From the NCBI GenBank assembly GCA_965112735.1, contig OZ218953.1:4526001-4590000 (forward strand): DNA of 64,000 bases, given 5' to 3'. How positions within the stretch are numbered: position 1 is the first letter of the stretch; the number at the start of each line of letters is the position of its first letter. This DNA is from Phaeosaccion multiseriatum. Its lineage: Eukaryota; Protista; Ochrophyta, other classes. Shown piece after piece: positions 1 through 15,120 of the stretch. The notes beneath the pieces are model-generated. The model worked only from the letters and a program-made list of their open reading frames with translations. It was not told where the DNA came from and did no database searches. The position numbers and the translations under genes are program-made.

Positions 1-142
1 AGTATGTGTGGGTTGACGGAAAGCAATCAAGCAAGCAACAAGCATCTATTGGAGAGTAGCAACCACTAGTCCCACTTCCACAAAGAGAAGCAGCAGGTCA
101 TTGAAAACGGACCCCGACCATGCGCCGTATAGAGATACATAC

Positions 143-364
143 CTGGGGCGTGTATTCGAAGTTCTGGCTCTCATCCATGGCCAACCGCCGCATGGCTTCC
201 CTGACCACGGGCAGAGGAGCAGGGTCGCCATTCTCATCCCGGTACGCCCCCACGCTCACGTTGACCTTGGGTGAAGCTTTGTCTTCCTTGAAAGCTTGCA
301 CCAGGCTCAGAACCACATCAGGAGGAGGGGCAACCACCTCGGACCAAAAGGACGAAGCGGTCAT
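143..364 (-). CDS. Aspartate aminotransferase (class I PLP aminotransferase), first exon; gene continues off the left edge
   Basis: MTASSFWSEVVAPPPDVVLSLVQAFKEDKASPKVNVSVGAYRDENGDP..LPVVREA matches the AspAT N-terminus (PPD, F..D..P.KVNLxVGAYRDE, LPxVRxA). GTATGT donor at 142. Confidence 0.9.
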
Positions 365-912
365 CCCTTTCCTTCTTCCTTTCCTTATCTGATCTGTACC
401 GTCGCTTGATTGATGGATATTGATGGTGGTTGGATATCGTGGTTGTAAGGGAGGGAATTTCCGTTTCAGTTTTTACTTTTTTTTTTTTTTTTTTTTTTTT
501 CTCTCTCTCTTCTTTCATCTTCTCATCTTCTCTTTCTTTTTGCTCTGGCTCTAACCACACACAGTAAAAACGTAGCTCCGTTAGTTACCGAGCGTACGTA
601 GCTCAGTTGATTTGAGCTGGAGAAAAAGGGAGGTTCAATTATTTTATATCCTTTCTTCCCTCTTCCTCGATCTTTCACTCTTCCTTTCCTTTGCTTGCTT
701 TGCTTGCTTTGCTTGCTTTGCTTGCCATCCTACCTCGTCCCCCTTCCCAACCTCTTTCATACAAAATCTTCTTCCTCCTTCTACGACCGAGATGAAGACT
801 TGCTTCAGTTTCAGTTTCAGCCGTAGGACAAAGGCCGGCCCACCAGCAGCCAGGTGCTTCCGCCACTGCTCCATTGGTCAGTGTGCCGTAGCTAGCTGCT
901 CTTCCCCTGCCT

Positions 913-3784
913 TTAGAGGTCGGCAAGAGTCGCAACAGGCAGGGGGGCAGGCCGCCAAGAAGCGGGACCAACATATTTGGGCACTCCGTCCTGCTGCCTC
1001 ATGGTAAAGGCAGGGGGGTTCCGAGTCGGTATTGCCTGCTGGGGCTGCGATTCTCCCACAGCAGCAGGACGTGGCGGTGCAGAAGGCGTAGGCTTAGCGC
1101 CAGCGGGCCCCTGCGTCGGCCTCTTGTACCTCCTCCAGAACAACACGCAGCAGAGGCAAGCAGCCGCCACAGAGATGACGACGATGCCGGCAATGGCTGC
1201 TCCAGAGAGAGCATCGCCAGACGCCCTCGTCGTCGCGAAGCACGTGGGCTCTTGCAGGCTGGCGTCAGCTTCGGAGCCGGTATCGCAGCACGCCCGCTCC
1301 ACGTACGACCAGTCAGCGGCGTCCGTGTTGGTCCATAGCGTTCTTGGGTACTCCCCGGCCGGCATGCAGTCCTCGGGAGTGAGCTCCTGCCGCGGGGGAG
1401 GAGGGGGGCAGGCAGAGGGAAGGGACAGGAATCAGCGCTTGCTTCGTGCAGTGGGAGGGAGGACGACGGAGCGGCGAGCTCGCCCCGCCACCCCGTTGAC
1501 TCGCTGCCTGAGCGGCAAACCAAGACCAACCTGAGTTGACTCGCACTGGTTCGCGCACACGCTGGCGTCAGAGATGGAGGCCCTGTAGGCTTGCTTGTCG
1601 CACTCGGACAGCTCGAAGACCGGGCACGTGCTTGACTCTGCGACGAGCCGGTCAAGGACGAAGCTGTACTCCACGTTGAGGTCTGTGAAGGTCGACAGCT
1701 TAAAGTCCACTGCCACCACCCCCAGAAAGGTGGAGGGGCTGCGGAGAGGAGAGAGGCGACGCGCAGAGCGAGAGAGGGGGAGGATGGAGGCCAGACTAAG
1801 CGAGGGAACAGACCTGGCTGCTTTCTGGGTTCCAAACACGATCTGCCACAGCAACGTCTTGCTTGTAAGCCGCCTACCTGGTGCTGTGGTCGTAGGCAGA
1901 CGCCGCGCAAGTAGTACCCAACTGGCCGCCCGTGTCGAAGATGTAGGGCTCTGTCCAGGTTGTGAGGTTTTGTGAGCTGCTGTTTCCGCTCCCGATGGCG
2001 TAGAGCTGGTAGTACGATGCCATCGCCCCGGTGAGATCGTCGGTGCTGCTGACGTGACGATAAACTCCGTCCGTCTCACAGGCTATCGCCTGTGTGGTGT
2101 CTTGGTCTGCGTCCTCGCCGAAGGAGAAGGTGAAGATTTCTGCACCAATGTCCGCGTTTCTAGTCTCGATGAGGCCTGTCGTCTCCAGCGGATCCAGCGG
2201 TCCGTCACTGATCTCTCCTGGAGTCAGTAGTGAGAGCAGAGAGCAGAGGAGAAGGAAGCGTCAGTCATCCTCTTTCAAATGCATCTCGTTGCTTGTGCAG
2301 TGCAAGCGACGCTTCCGAAGGTGTTCGGCTTGAGCTTGCTTACCATCAGTGAGGAAAAGAATTGTAGTGTGGCACCCCGCCGTGTTGCCGTTAGCGACGG
2401 AGCTGTCGAAGACATAAAGCGAAGCAAGTGGAACAAGTACGTAAGTGAGGTGAGGTGCCGAATCCAGGGATTGCTGCAGCCAGAGAGTATGTGATGCTCT
2501 CCGCTTGACTTGGCTGGGCTCACCTCTCGATGAGATCGAACGCCAAGTCGAAGGCTGCCGCAGAGGGTTGGAGCACATGATGGATGGGACGACAAGGAGA
2601 GACGTATGTGAGTACAGAAGCAACTGCTGGACAGTTTTCAGAGAGTGCCTCTCACTCACCTTCGTAGAAGTTCGTCCCGCCGTTGGGAGACAATTGGCCG
2701 ACCAGCCCAGAGAGAGCAAGCAGGTTTTCTTCCGTGGCCTGGTGGGCAGCAGCAGAGCGCAGTTTGTCAGCCAGTACAAACGATTCAAAGGGAGCGAGAG
2801 GAGCGAGGAGCTGTCCAGATAGACTACCGCTGTACCTGCAGCAGCGAATCCGTACTGCGGCTGAGCACCTCTGCCGAGGAGTCGAAAGAGATGACGTTGA
2901 CGTAATGGTCGAAGGTCATGCCGGTAAGCACCGTCTGTACCGCTTCGATGGCGAGCTCCATCTTGCCGTCTGCTCTCATGCTTCCCGACGTGTCGAGGAT
3001 GATGATGACATCCTTGGGCCCGCTGCTCGCTCCAACGAACCAGGGCCTGCGTACAGAGATTAACGGGCACGGGAGCGGGGGGGGGCAGACTGAGCCCATC
3101 GACGGCACGCAAGAGAGGTCGGAAACGCGTACCTTAAACGCGTGTCGAAGTTGCCGCATTCCTCCTCAGCGATGCCAGGAAAGTACCGAAAGACACCGCT
3201 CCAGCTTCCGAAGAAGGCTGCTTCAAGTCCGTACCTCTCGTTGTTGTCATCGTAGGCAGACTTGAGAGAGTCTGTCACATGTCACGCGGGGGAGAGGGAG
3301 AGAGAGTAATGGTATAAAAGCTTCGCCTGGTGCTGCCCCTCCTCCTGCTGCCTTTCGCTCACCTTCAACCAGTCCCGAGAAGCATGCAGCTTCAATAAGA
3401 CTTGCCTCCGTGGGGTTTCCGCTCTCTCCATCAGCTAGAGCCGCGGGGATCCTCACCACACTCAGCGTTTTGTCGACAAGGTATCTGAGCAGCAGGGGAG
3501 CGAAAATGAAGAGTGAGCGACGAGGAAGGACCGCCAGGCTTTCGCTGGGAAGATTCGGTGTGGCGCTTACTTGCTACTCACCCGCAAGACTCCTCCTCGC
3601 ACTCGTCGAGCACTCCGTCCGCCTCGCAGGTGGCCCCACTCCTGACGCTGCTGCAAGCGCTATTGTGGGAGGCCGTGCAGTCGCTCGACGTGATGGCACA
3701 CCTCGACGGGAAAGCATCCTCAATCTCCTGCTTGAGCTGCAGCACAACGGCCTCTGCGGCAGTGATGGCATCACTAAGGGACAT
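913..3784 (-). CDS. VWA/Cache-domain membrane protein, calcium-channel alpha2delta/CACHD1-like (multi-exon)
   Basis: Spliced exons give FFGSWSGVFRYFPG, FDTRLRPWFVGASSGPKDVIIILDTSGSM (MIDAS DxSxS), GGTNF, ILFLTDG, IFTFSFG, AIAC, WTEPY, FLGVVAVD, then a C-terminal TM helix (AAIAGIVVISVAAACLCCVLFW) followed by RRYKR. Start uncertain because no signal peptide is seen. Confidence 0.85.
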
Positions 3785-4538
3785 TCTGGGCTGCTGCTTC
3801 TGCTGTGTGTCTCACTTCGGCTACTGCTGCTTCTTCCACTGCGGCTACTACTTCACTGTCCGAAAACGATCCTCTGCTGCTGCTGCTGCTCTCTTAACTG
3901 ACTAACCTGAAGGCTGAAAGGCGTAGTAGCACGAACTTCCTCTTGGCGGTGATGAGATAGGCGCTGCGGGTCTCTCTCTTCTTTGTAGCTTTGCTGTCTG
4001 TGGAATATGAGGAAGGAAATGAGGAAGGGGAGGGAGAGGGAAACGAATCCAAAGAACGTTCCTATCCCTACGTAACGGTTTCTGTGCTTGACGAATCGCT
4101 TGACCCTAAATAATTTGCCCTGGACAGCACTGATACAAGGTGGTCCTTCGGGCTGCGCATAAAAAAGGATCATCAAACAGTTGTTATACTATGGCCGGCC
4201 GGCCCGGCTTCCTGATTCCTCCTCCCTCCTCCCCTGTCGGGTCCGGTCTTGTTCATGGCAGCAAGCGGTGCTCGCAACGTCCGCCCGCACATGCCCCGCC
4301 CACAGCATATCCTCCTCCTCCTCATCCGTCCAGCAGGGTTCAAACCGCGCTTCTGGGTTCTCAAGGGAGTGTTCCTGGACAGTTTGGCGAAGGCCACTCG
4401 CCCCCCCCCCCCTTGTGTCTCGTCTTAGATTGAGAGCCCGCGTGGAGAGGAGCCTAGCTTGAAGCGTGAAAGAACAAAAGGTCCCTGGTTTCCATTGGAT
4501 TTGGGAAGAGGAGGAAGAAGACACTACACTACTCATTA

Positions 4539-7500
4539 TTAGAGCGACTTCATGAGGGCATTCACTCTCGTTTTGCCATCTTGTCCTGCCCCAGCCTTGC
4601 CAATCTCTCTCAAGAGCGCGACCAGCGCATCAGCGACGCTCTCCTTCCCATCATCCTTCTTCTTCCCAGACGCCGCCTGCTCCTGCTTCTGCCGCTGCTT
4701 CTGCTGCAGGCCGGGTTTGGGTATCCGGAGGGTGTGAGCGGCCTCTCGCATCACGCTCGAGCTTGCACCCCCCCCACTTCCGTCGATGTCAGGTCCAGTG
4801 GGAAAGGTGATGGTCGGCTGATTCTCTGTGGACAAGAAAGACGGTGATGATGACGACGACGACGATGACGATGATGATGAGGGGAAGCACGACGCGACGG
4901 CTCTCTCCAGCACGGCCAGCAGCTCCGGCGCCAAAGAGGCATTGGCCAGCAGCAGGCTACGCATGCACGGCAACAACCGCAGCCCGACGAGGTCCACAAG
5001 CGCCAGCGCCGCAAGCCCGTCGCCCTCCACCCCCCCTGCGTCATCGTCCTCGCCATCGCCCACGTCGCGGCGCAAAGCCTCTCCCCACGAGCACACGTTA
5101 TCCAGCAGCTTGAGGCCCCTCCACAGCTGCGCTCTCAGCAGAGCAAGAACCCCCCCCGCCGTGCGCTTGCCCGCAGCCACAGGCACGCAGAGTGCGTCTA
5201 CTTCCAACCCAAGAGTGTCCAGCAGCGCCGTCTGCAGCCCCTCTCTCCACGCAGCTCCCATAGCTGCACCAGGCCCTCCACCCCCCCCTCCCCCTCCTCC
5301 TCCTCCTCCTCCTCCTCCTATTGCTGCTGCTGCTGTGTTTCGCCCCTCCTTCTCGCTGCCTGTAGCCGTCTTGCCCTTCTTCCCATGCTTCTCTCCATCA
5401 TCATCCTCAGCGTGGCCCAGCAACTCCCGAGCAGCGGCGACGAGGTGCAAAGTCTCCGTAGTGGAGTGAGGATCGTACGTGTGGCTCACAACGTCCACGA
5501 GCATGGGGAATATCACTCGACCCAGCAGAGCCGGTGCCAGCCAACGATCCGGGTCTTCGCGAGCAGGGTATGGGGCGGACAGGGGTGTCGGAATGCCCTC
5601 TCCGAAGAGCGCAGTTTCGCGATACCATTCAAAGTGGGAGAAGATGCCCTCTGTGGGAGAGAATGAATGAGAGGCGTGGGGTAGGGTGGCATGACAGGAC
5701 AAGGGTGCCAGGTGGTGAAAGGGAGTAGAACGTAAGAGAATGGAAAGTAGCAAAGGAGCATGTTGGAGGGAGAGAGAAGAGGAAGCATCACGCTCGCGGT
5801 GATGACGACAACAATGAGGACAAAGGACGACAAAGCGACTGAGAGAACAGATGGCACGCCCCTCAACCACTCGTCGATTTGGAACAGATGGCGGAAGGGG
5901 CTCATGCCGCCAGGCTTAAGATGAGGAGAGGCAGCGCACGAGGGATAGTTCGCCACTAGCTCCAGCGAATACTTGCTTCGTTGCTTGAGGGTTGTGTGAG
6001 GTGTAGAGAAGAGAAGAGAGTGCGTGGGCTACAAATCCACTTGGTGAGGTGAGAGATCCGTCTTTCTCTCGTTATGCCTCCTGTACCTGTTTCTGAGATT
6101 GCCTTTCCGTCCATGAGTCCCTCTGCGGGTTGCCAGCGGAAGGCCTCCAGACGCACAAAGGGCAGCAAAAGGTCGGGCAGAGCGGTGGAGCAGAAGCACT
6201 GCGTGTAACGCTCGCCAAAATTCCTCTTCCATTCCTCGAACATGCCCTGGAAGGAAGGAAGGAAGAGGAGGGGAGGGAGTGGGAGGGGAGGGAGGGGGGG
6301 GGGCAGCGGAGCGTGCACTTGAGAAAGAGAGAGGCGGATGGAGGGAGCCCTTGGCCACCCACTCACGGGGGTATGTTTGCGCTTCCTCTCCTCGTTCAAA
6401 CACACAATAGCTTGTCCTTCGCTCTTCACCCCGTCTGCCCCCCCCTTCCCTTAGACGCTCGAGACAGCGTAGCAAAGAGAGGGCAGATGAAAGCAAAAGA
6501 AGAAGTGGGTAGCGAATGGCTCTTCCAAAAGACGGCAAGAGAAAACAAACAAACAAACAAGTAACCAAATAGACGAGCAAACAAACGAACAACAAACAAA
6601 CAAACAAACACAAACAAACTAACAAACCAGCGAACAAACAAGGAAAGCCCCTGACTCCTCCTTACCCTGAGGGCGGCGAGAGACCGCACGTCCTGGTGCA
6701 CGTCCGCCAGCACCAGCTCGGAGGCCTCCACGAGGTTCAGTCTCCGTCCCTCCCACCGATCAGCCGCACTCTTGCTCTTCTTGCCCCTGCTCTTGCTCCT
6801 GCTCCTTGCTTTGTCTTTGTTCTTGGGGTCCCCTTCGTTGTCATTGTCGTCGTCGTCGTCGTCGTCGTCCTCCTCCTCCTCCTCCTCCTCCTCCTCCTCC
6901 TCCTCCTCGTCATCGCTCCCCCAGTCGTCCTCCTCCACGTCCGACTGGAGGGCAAGCATGACTGCTTCACACGTGGCCTGCCCCCACCCTAGCGCCGACA
7001 GTTCCCCTTCTAAGCGCTGGCACTCTTCCCTCGAGTCCACCTCTCGGCCAAGCCTCGCTCGTTTCCGATGCAGTCGCCCTGCATCCATCACCGCCGCACT
7101 GTTCAATTCGCCACTGGTGCTTGTGCTGCCCATGCCCCCGCTGCCAGCCGTACCGCCATTCTCCGCTTTGCCGGTGTGTCCTGCCGTTCCCACTTCCCGG
7201 CCAAACTTGTCGAGTCGATCTCCCGCTGCTCCCCGAGTCGAAGTCGATCCCTTTCCTCCCTCATTCCTATATGTCGCAGCAGAACACGTCTGCCAGGCAG
7301 CCACAGGCCCGTCAAGCATGGGTCGGTAGCTCTCACCTAAAAGCTCCAACCCAGCCCCGACCGTCCCGGAGACGACGCCCCCCGCCCCTTCCTTCTGCAA
7401 AACCTCCACCAGCCTCTTCTCCTGCCAATGCCTCCGTCGCTTGAGCCTATTAGCGTTGCGTCCAGCCTTCTCAGTGCGCATCATTTGCGCTGCATCCTCG

Positions 7501-9126
7501 AGCTCTTGGAGCATGCCCTCCTTCTCCCGCAACATGCCGCAGAGGTCGGAGAGACGATCGCGAATGCGCTGAAACGTCTCAAACGTACGCCCTGCCTGGG
7601 CCATTGCTTCGCGGGCGCCCTTTTCGTCCTTCTCTGCCTCTTGTATACCCGTCTCTGTGTCTCGCAGTCTCGACTCCCAGCGTCGATGGCTGTCCTCCAA
7701 CCGCTCAGTGGCCGACTTGATCCCTCTCCGGACCTCATCCACCGAGGCAAGCTTCACCGCTGCATCCGCCCCTCCCGATGCCTTCTTGTCTCGCCCTGGC
7801 CCTGCCCCGGACAGCCCCGCTCCTCCTCCTCTTCCTCCTGCTGCTGCTGCTCCTACTGCAAGGTCCCCTCCTCCTCCTCTGGTCCCGAGCACACGTCGGG
7901 CCTGCTCGTCCTGCCACTCCTCTTCTTCCTCCTGTACCTCCATATCATCCGTGTGGGTCATGACATGCTCCGTCAGCGTAGCCGTTTCGTGCCTCCAACC
8001 ATTCCGCATCGCGGCCCCCGACGCAGCGTCAAGAGGGATGAAGTCCGGCCCTGCGCTGCTGCTCGCTCCACCTCCTCCTTCCCGCCGCCTCACTCGACTC
8101 GCCGTAGCAGGATCGTGTTCGTCGTCCTCATCCCCAACTTCCCCTTCGCCGTAGCCTGCCCCCGCAGCCTTGAGACCTTGCTCTCTCATCTTGCGCTTCC
8201 TCTCCGCCTCTCTCCGCCGCTCTTGCTCGGCTTGCAGCCCCTCCATGGTCTCCCCCTGCAGAAGGTCCTTCACAGACATGCCCTGCTCCCCGCCCACGTG
8301 CAGTAGCTCTGCTTCGTCTCCCGTGAAGACCCGGTCCGTCTGCAGTACCTCGTCGTCGTTATTATTCAAGCCATCCCCTCCCCCCTTGCCTCCCTCCGAC
8401 CCTTTTGAACCATTTGTATTCTCACTCTGACCGCGCAAAAAAGGAGTATGGGGGAGAGGTAGAAGGCAATAGGACGGCGGTGGTCACAAGCAGGCAGGCG
8501 AGGAAGAGCAGACGGAGGGTGGACAAGAGGAATGGTGTCCTAACATTGATACTTACCAACGTGTACTTCTGGCTCTGCTTGAGCTGTGCCAACCCCTCAG
8601 AAGTATAAAGTCCTATCCAGACAAGAGAATGAGTAAGGGGATAAATATGGGAGCGTTAGGTGCGAAAGGTTGTGGGTCGTGTTTCAGGCTCCTCTCTCCT
8701 CAATCTCTTGCCTGCTGTGGAACTTTGCCAGGCGGATGCCGACGAGCCTTGCATCGGTGCGTCCAGCAGCACTTGCTGCTTTTGCACGCCATTACCATCT
8801 TCGCCGCCTCCTCTCCTCTTCTTTCTCCTGCCGCTGTCCGGCCCTACCCCGACCTTCTTCTGGAAGACAGGGCCTTCGCCCTCTCCCTCCTCCGCCCCAA
8901 AGCTTAGACTTGTCGGCCCCTTCGACGCATGCTTCTTCTTCTTCCGCTTCTTTGTCGCACCCTCAGCTTCGCTCCTCTTATCCTTCCCCTCTGCGCCTCC
9001 GTTCCCCCCACTCCCAGCTTCCGCTGAGAAATCTCGGGTATCGTCGCTTTGGTCTGCGTCTTCGTCCTCCACACCTCTCACTCGACGCTTCTGCTGCTTG
9101 CTACCGCCACTCTTCTTACGAAACAT
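4539..9126 (-). CDS. PAXBP1/GCFC2/ILP1-like spliceosome-disassembly factor (GCFC domain)
   Basis: Exons 9126-8712, 8612-8557, 8426-6666, 6246-6087 and 5650-4539 join in frame. Motifs LSFG.EE, YTSEGLAQLK, EEEEWQDEQARR, a coiled coil, FEEWKRNFGERYTQCF..ALPDLLLPFVRLE..RWQP, F..FEWY and YDPHST are typical of the family. Confidence 0.85.
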
Positions 9127-9601
9127 CCTCCACAGGCGACAGCAAATCGAGGATTCAGTTCACTACCCGTGAGGTAAGGAGAAGAGCGAAGAGAGAGAGA
9201 AAAAAGTGAAGCAGGGGAAGGAAGGGGAGGAAACTTAGAGTGCCATCTGCCTAAGAGTAAAGTTTTTCGGTCGGGGCCCGACCATCGTCAGCCGGCGGAA
9301 AGCCCTGAGCTTCTTTGGGGCCTTTGTCCCTTCGATGGGCACAAAGTCGCTATAGTAGTACCGCCTAAATCCTCGCATCTCGCCATGAGCTGGCCGCTCT
9401 GCAAGTGAAGAAGAGAGGAGAGGACGACAGAGGAGAGAGAGAGAGCAAGAGAGAGAGAGAGAGAGAGGGAGAAAGAGACGAAGTGTGGCCGGATCGGTGC
9501 TTGGGAGGGTACGCGGATGGTGATCAGCTGCTGAAGAAGACGGTGTGGAGGGATAAGGTATTGTGAAGCGGGAGGAGTGTGGCGACGAAGCTTGGGTAAT
9601 C

Positions 9602-12477
<2,876 letters not shown>

Positions 12478-12543
12478 TTTTTATCATCATGATATCGCAG
12501 CTTAAATATAGAAGAGGGTAGTAAAAAGGGGAAAAGGAAATGA

Positions 12544-13062
12544 TCGGCCCCGTGCACGCCTAGCGGCCTAGGCCTATTTTGGAAAATTGCCCGGCCTAGC
12601 GAGGGCCGTAGGCCCTCGGCCTTTTTATAGGCCGCCTAGGCGGCGGCCTAGGCGGGGGCCGGAGGCCCGCGGCCTAGGGCAGACGCCAACTAGGCGCAGG
12701 TCCAGGGCGGGTCATATACCCTTGGCTGGGCTGGCCCGGAACCCGCCCAAGTGTCGTCAGTTTTAAGCAAATGTATTGCATGGGATAAGTGAGGAGTAGA
12801 CTTGGTTCGTGTTGTCTCTTTCCGCCTCGCTGGCCCTACGGGGAGTGCAGGCCTGCAGGTGTGCTGCTACCCACTGGCTGGGCGGCACCACGCACGCGCC
12901 CACGGGCACTGGGAGGCTGCCTAGAGGCGGGCTATAGGCCGCCTAGGGCTGAAAAGTGAGCGGCCTAGAGTGGCCGGAGGCCGCCGGCCTAGGCTTATTT
13001 CGGCCGAAGGCCGAGCGGCCTAGCGGCCTAGAGCCTAGGCCGCTAGGCGTGCACGGGGCCGA
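12544..13062. mobile_element. MITE / non-autonomous DNA transposon, 519 bp, 30-bp perfect TIRs, 6-bp TSD
   Basis: TCGGCCCCGTGCACGCCTAGCGGCCTAGGC at 12544-12573 and its exact reverse complement at 13033-13062. Direct repeat AAATGA at 12538-12543 and 13063-13068. About a dozen subterminal CCTAG motifs; no transposase ORF. Confidence 0.9.
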
Positions 13063-13252
13063 AAATGAAAGTGGAAAAAGGAAAAAAGAAATGAAAAAAT
13101 TGGCGTACACCGGAGAATCAACTGCTCAAGAGAGGAGCACGCGCAAATCCGCAAATGGAATTCCCCTTCAAAACCCTTCACAGCCACTTTAAAACATATA
13201 CAGACTCTTCTCCGGTGTGCTCTGGTGTGGTGTGCTGTACTCTGCTCTGCTC

Positions 13253-14898
13253 ATGGTGACGAATGACGCACCTAAGCGTGTCATATCCCTTTTAGGAGCT
13301 GCCTCTGAGACTCTGTTCCGTCTCGGTGTGGGCGACAAACTTGTCGGCCGCTCGCACGAGTGCGACTACCCTCCGGCGCTTCTCCCGTTGCCCTGCATCA
13401 GCCGTCCCAGACTTGATGTGGACGCTTCGTCCCTCGATATTGACAACGCCGTTCGGAATCTCTCTGCATCAGGCGAAGCTGTCTACAAGCTGGATGATGC
13501 GAGTATTGCCGAGCTCAAACCCGACCTCTTGATTGCTCAAGATCATTGTAGGGTTTGTGCCGTGACTCCGGAAGACGTGGCACAGTCTGCGACGTGCTCC
13601 AACCTCCGTCAGCTGGTTTTGAGGCCAGCCACGCTGCAGGTGAGAACATGTCCTCGCGCTTTCCTTTCCACCTTTCAACCATTCCTTCTCATCGCCCTCC
13701 TCATCTGCCCTGCCGCTCACCCGAATTCTCTTGTGGAATATAGAGGAGAGGCAATTGAGTATGTTGATACTGTATACTGAAAGCCTGTCTCCCTTGGTCT
13801 GTACCCTCCCCTTGGTTAGGGCCCCGTTCCTTTACTTTCCCCGCTCTCCTGACTCGTGATATGCCCCGCTGATCACCTCCACAGGACTGCTTGGAAGACA
13901 TCACCACAATAGCTACTGCCATGGGCGTCCCAGAACGGGGAATCCGTTTACGACGGACTCTTGACGATCGTATACATCGTGTGAAGGAGGTGGTGGGGGA
14001 GATGCAGGAGGCGGGGAGCACTCTTCGTCCCCGTGTGGCGCTGCTCGAGTGGTGCAACCCCATCATGGGCTGCGGCTATTGGCTACCCGAACTTGTCGAC
14101 GTGGCGGGCGGAACAGCGCTGCACTGCCCTCCACCGGGCGGAGCAACACCGTCCATCTCTTTGGACGCCTTGCTGGCATCGGAGCCAGATGTGGTGATAT
14201 TTGCTCTCTGCGGATTCGGGTTGAGTCGTGCGGCCAATGAAATTATGCAATCGTGGACAACCGATCAGCTCGATCAACTCCGAGCTTGCTGCCAGGGACG
14301 CATCTTTGTGTGTGACGGAAACTACCTCATCAACCGCAGTGGACCGAGAGTTGTCGAGTCCTGCGAAGCCATCGCTGAGGCGATCCATCCAGCCCTCCAA
14401 GGCCATTTCAATCACTACGGCACGGAGCACCTAGCGACTCTCGACGCTGCCATGGATCTGGCCAAGGCTGGCGTCCAAACGGGAAGCAAGAAGGTGCGAC
14501 CGGCACCGAGCGACGAAGCCACCAACAGCGTTCCACCTGTGGAACAGTTGCCGAGTGGCAGCCCGGAGGACGCCTTACGCACTCAGTTGGAGTGTCTACG
14601 GATAAACAACATGGCAGGAGCTTTCTGCATGAATAGCGTGGCCAATCAGGGCCGCTGGTGTGATGCAGGCCGCTTCAAGCACGTCATGAAGAGCCATGAC
14701 ACCTTCTGCCGGCTGCTGTCCGAACGCACTACGGTAGTGGATTCCGCAGTCCAGAATGGCATTGCCACGGCCGTTGTGCGCCTCCCGGAGAAGGACGGCA
14801 AAGTCGCGGAGCTCGTGTGGACCATGGTGTCCGAGGTCCCACCGAAAGCAACTTCGGAGCAACCCGTGTGGCGGACGGAAAAGGTTGCCGTTAGGTAG
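13253..14898 (+). CDS. BtuF/TroA-like (helical-backbone) substrate-binding-fold protein with C-terminal DUF4864-like domain; may be spliced to the downstream CNX1
   Basis: Exons 13253-13639 and 13885-14898. KRVISLL..ASETLFRLG..LVGRSHECDYP, LKPDLLIAQDHCRVCAV, RPRVALLEW.NP....YWLPELVDVAGG, PDVVIFALCGF and DGNYLINRSGPRVVES..IAEAIHP match the prokaryotic 'cobalamin-binding protein' subfamily. The tail SPEDALRTQLECLR.NN..GAF..NS..NQ..F..WRTEKV resembles DUF4864. No signal peptide. Confidence 0.85.
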
Positions 14899-15120
14899 GG
14901 CAATCGTAAGAGTAACCACTCACCCCCAAGATGTGCAGTGCCACCCCTACCTGGGGAGCGTAACAAAAACGACTCAACTCGGCGATGGAGGCACTTTACT
15001 GTAGGGGAAGAGGGAGGGCCCTCTGGTCTTACGTAAGTGGAAAAAAGGAGGGAAAAAGAAACTCTTTATTACTCTTAGGCAACTGGATCCCTTTCTCCGC
15101 CCAGCCAGAAGAAGAAAATC

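Noticed and set aside
4189-4536. 115-aa ORF starting immediately after the GCFC2-like stop
   Set aside because: No recognisable motif; it could be 3' UTR or intergenic sequence and cannot be supported from sequence alone.
9269-9350. Two small hairpins (GGTCGG-GGC-CCGACC; CTTTGT..ACAAAG) in a divergent promoter as an ncRNA
   Set aside because: Short stems are expected by chance in GC-rich DNA, and there is no match to tRNA, snRNA or riboswitch patterns I can recognise.
13253-14898. Possible selenocysteine recoding in the Cys-rich SBP
   Set aside because: No in-frame TGA in the spliced CDS; all candidate ligand positions are Cys codons.
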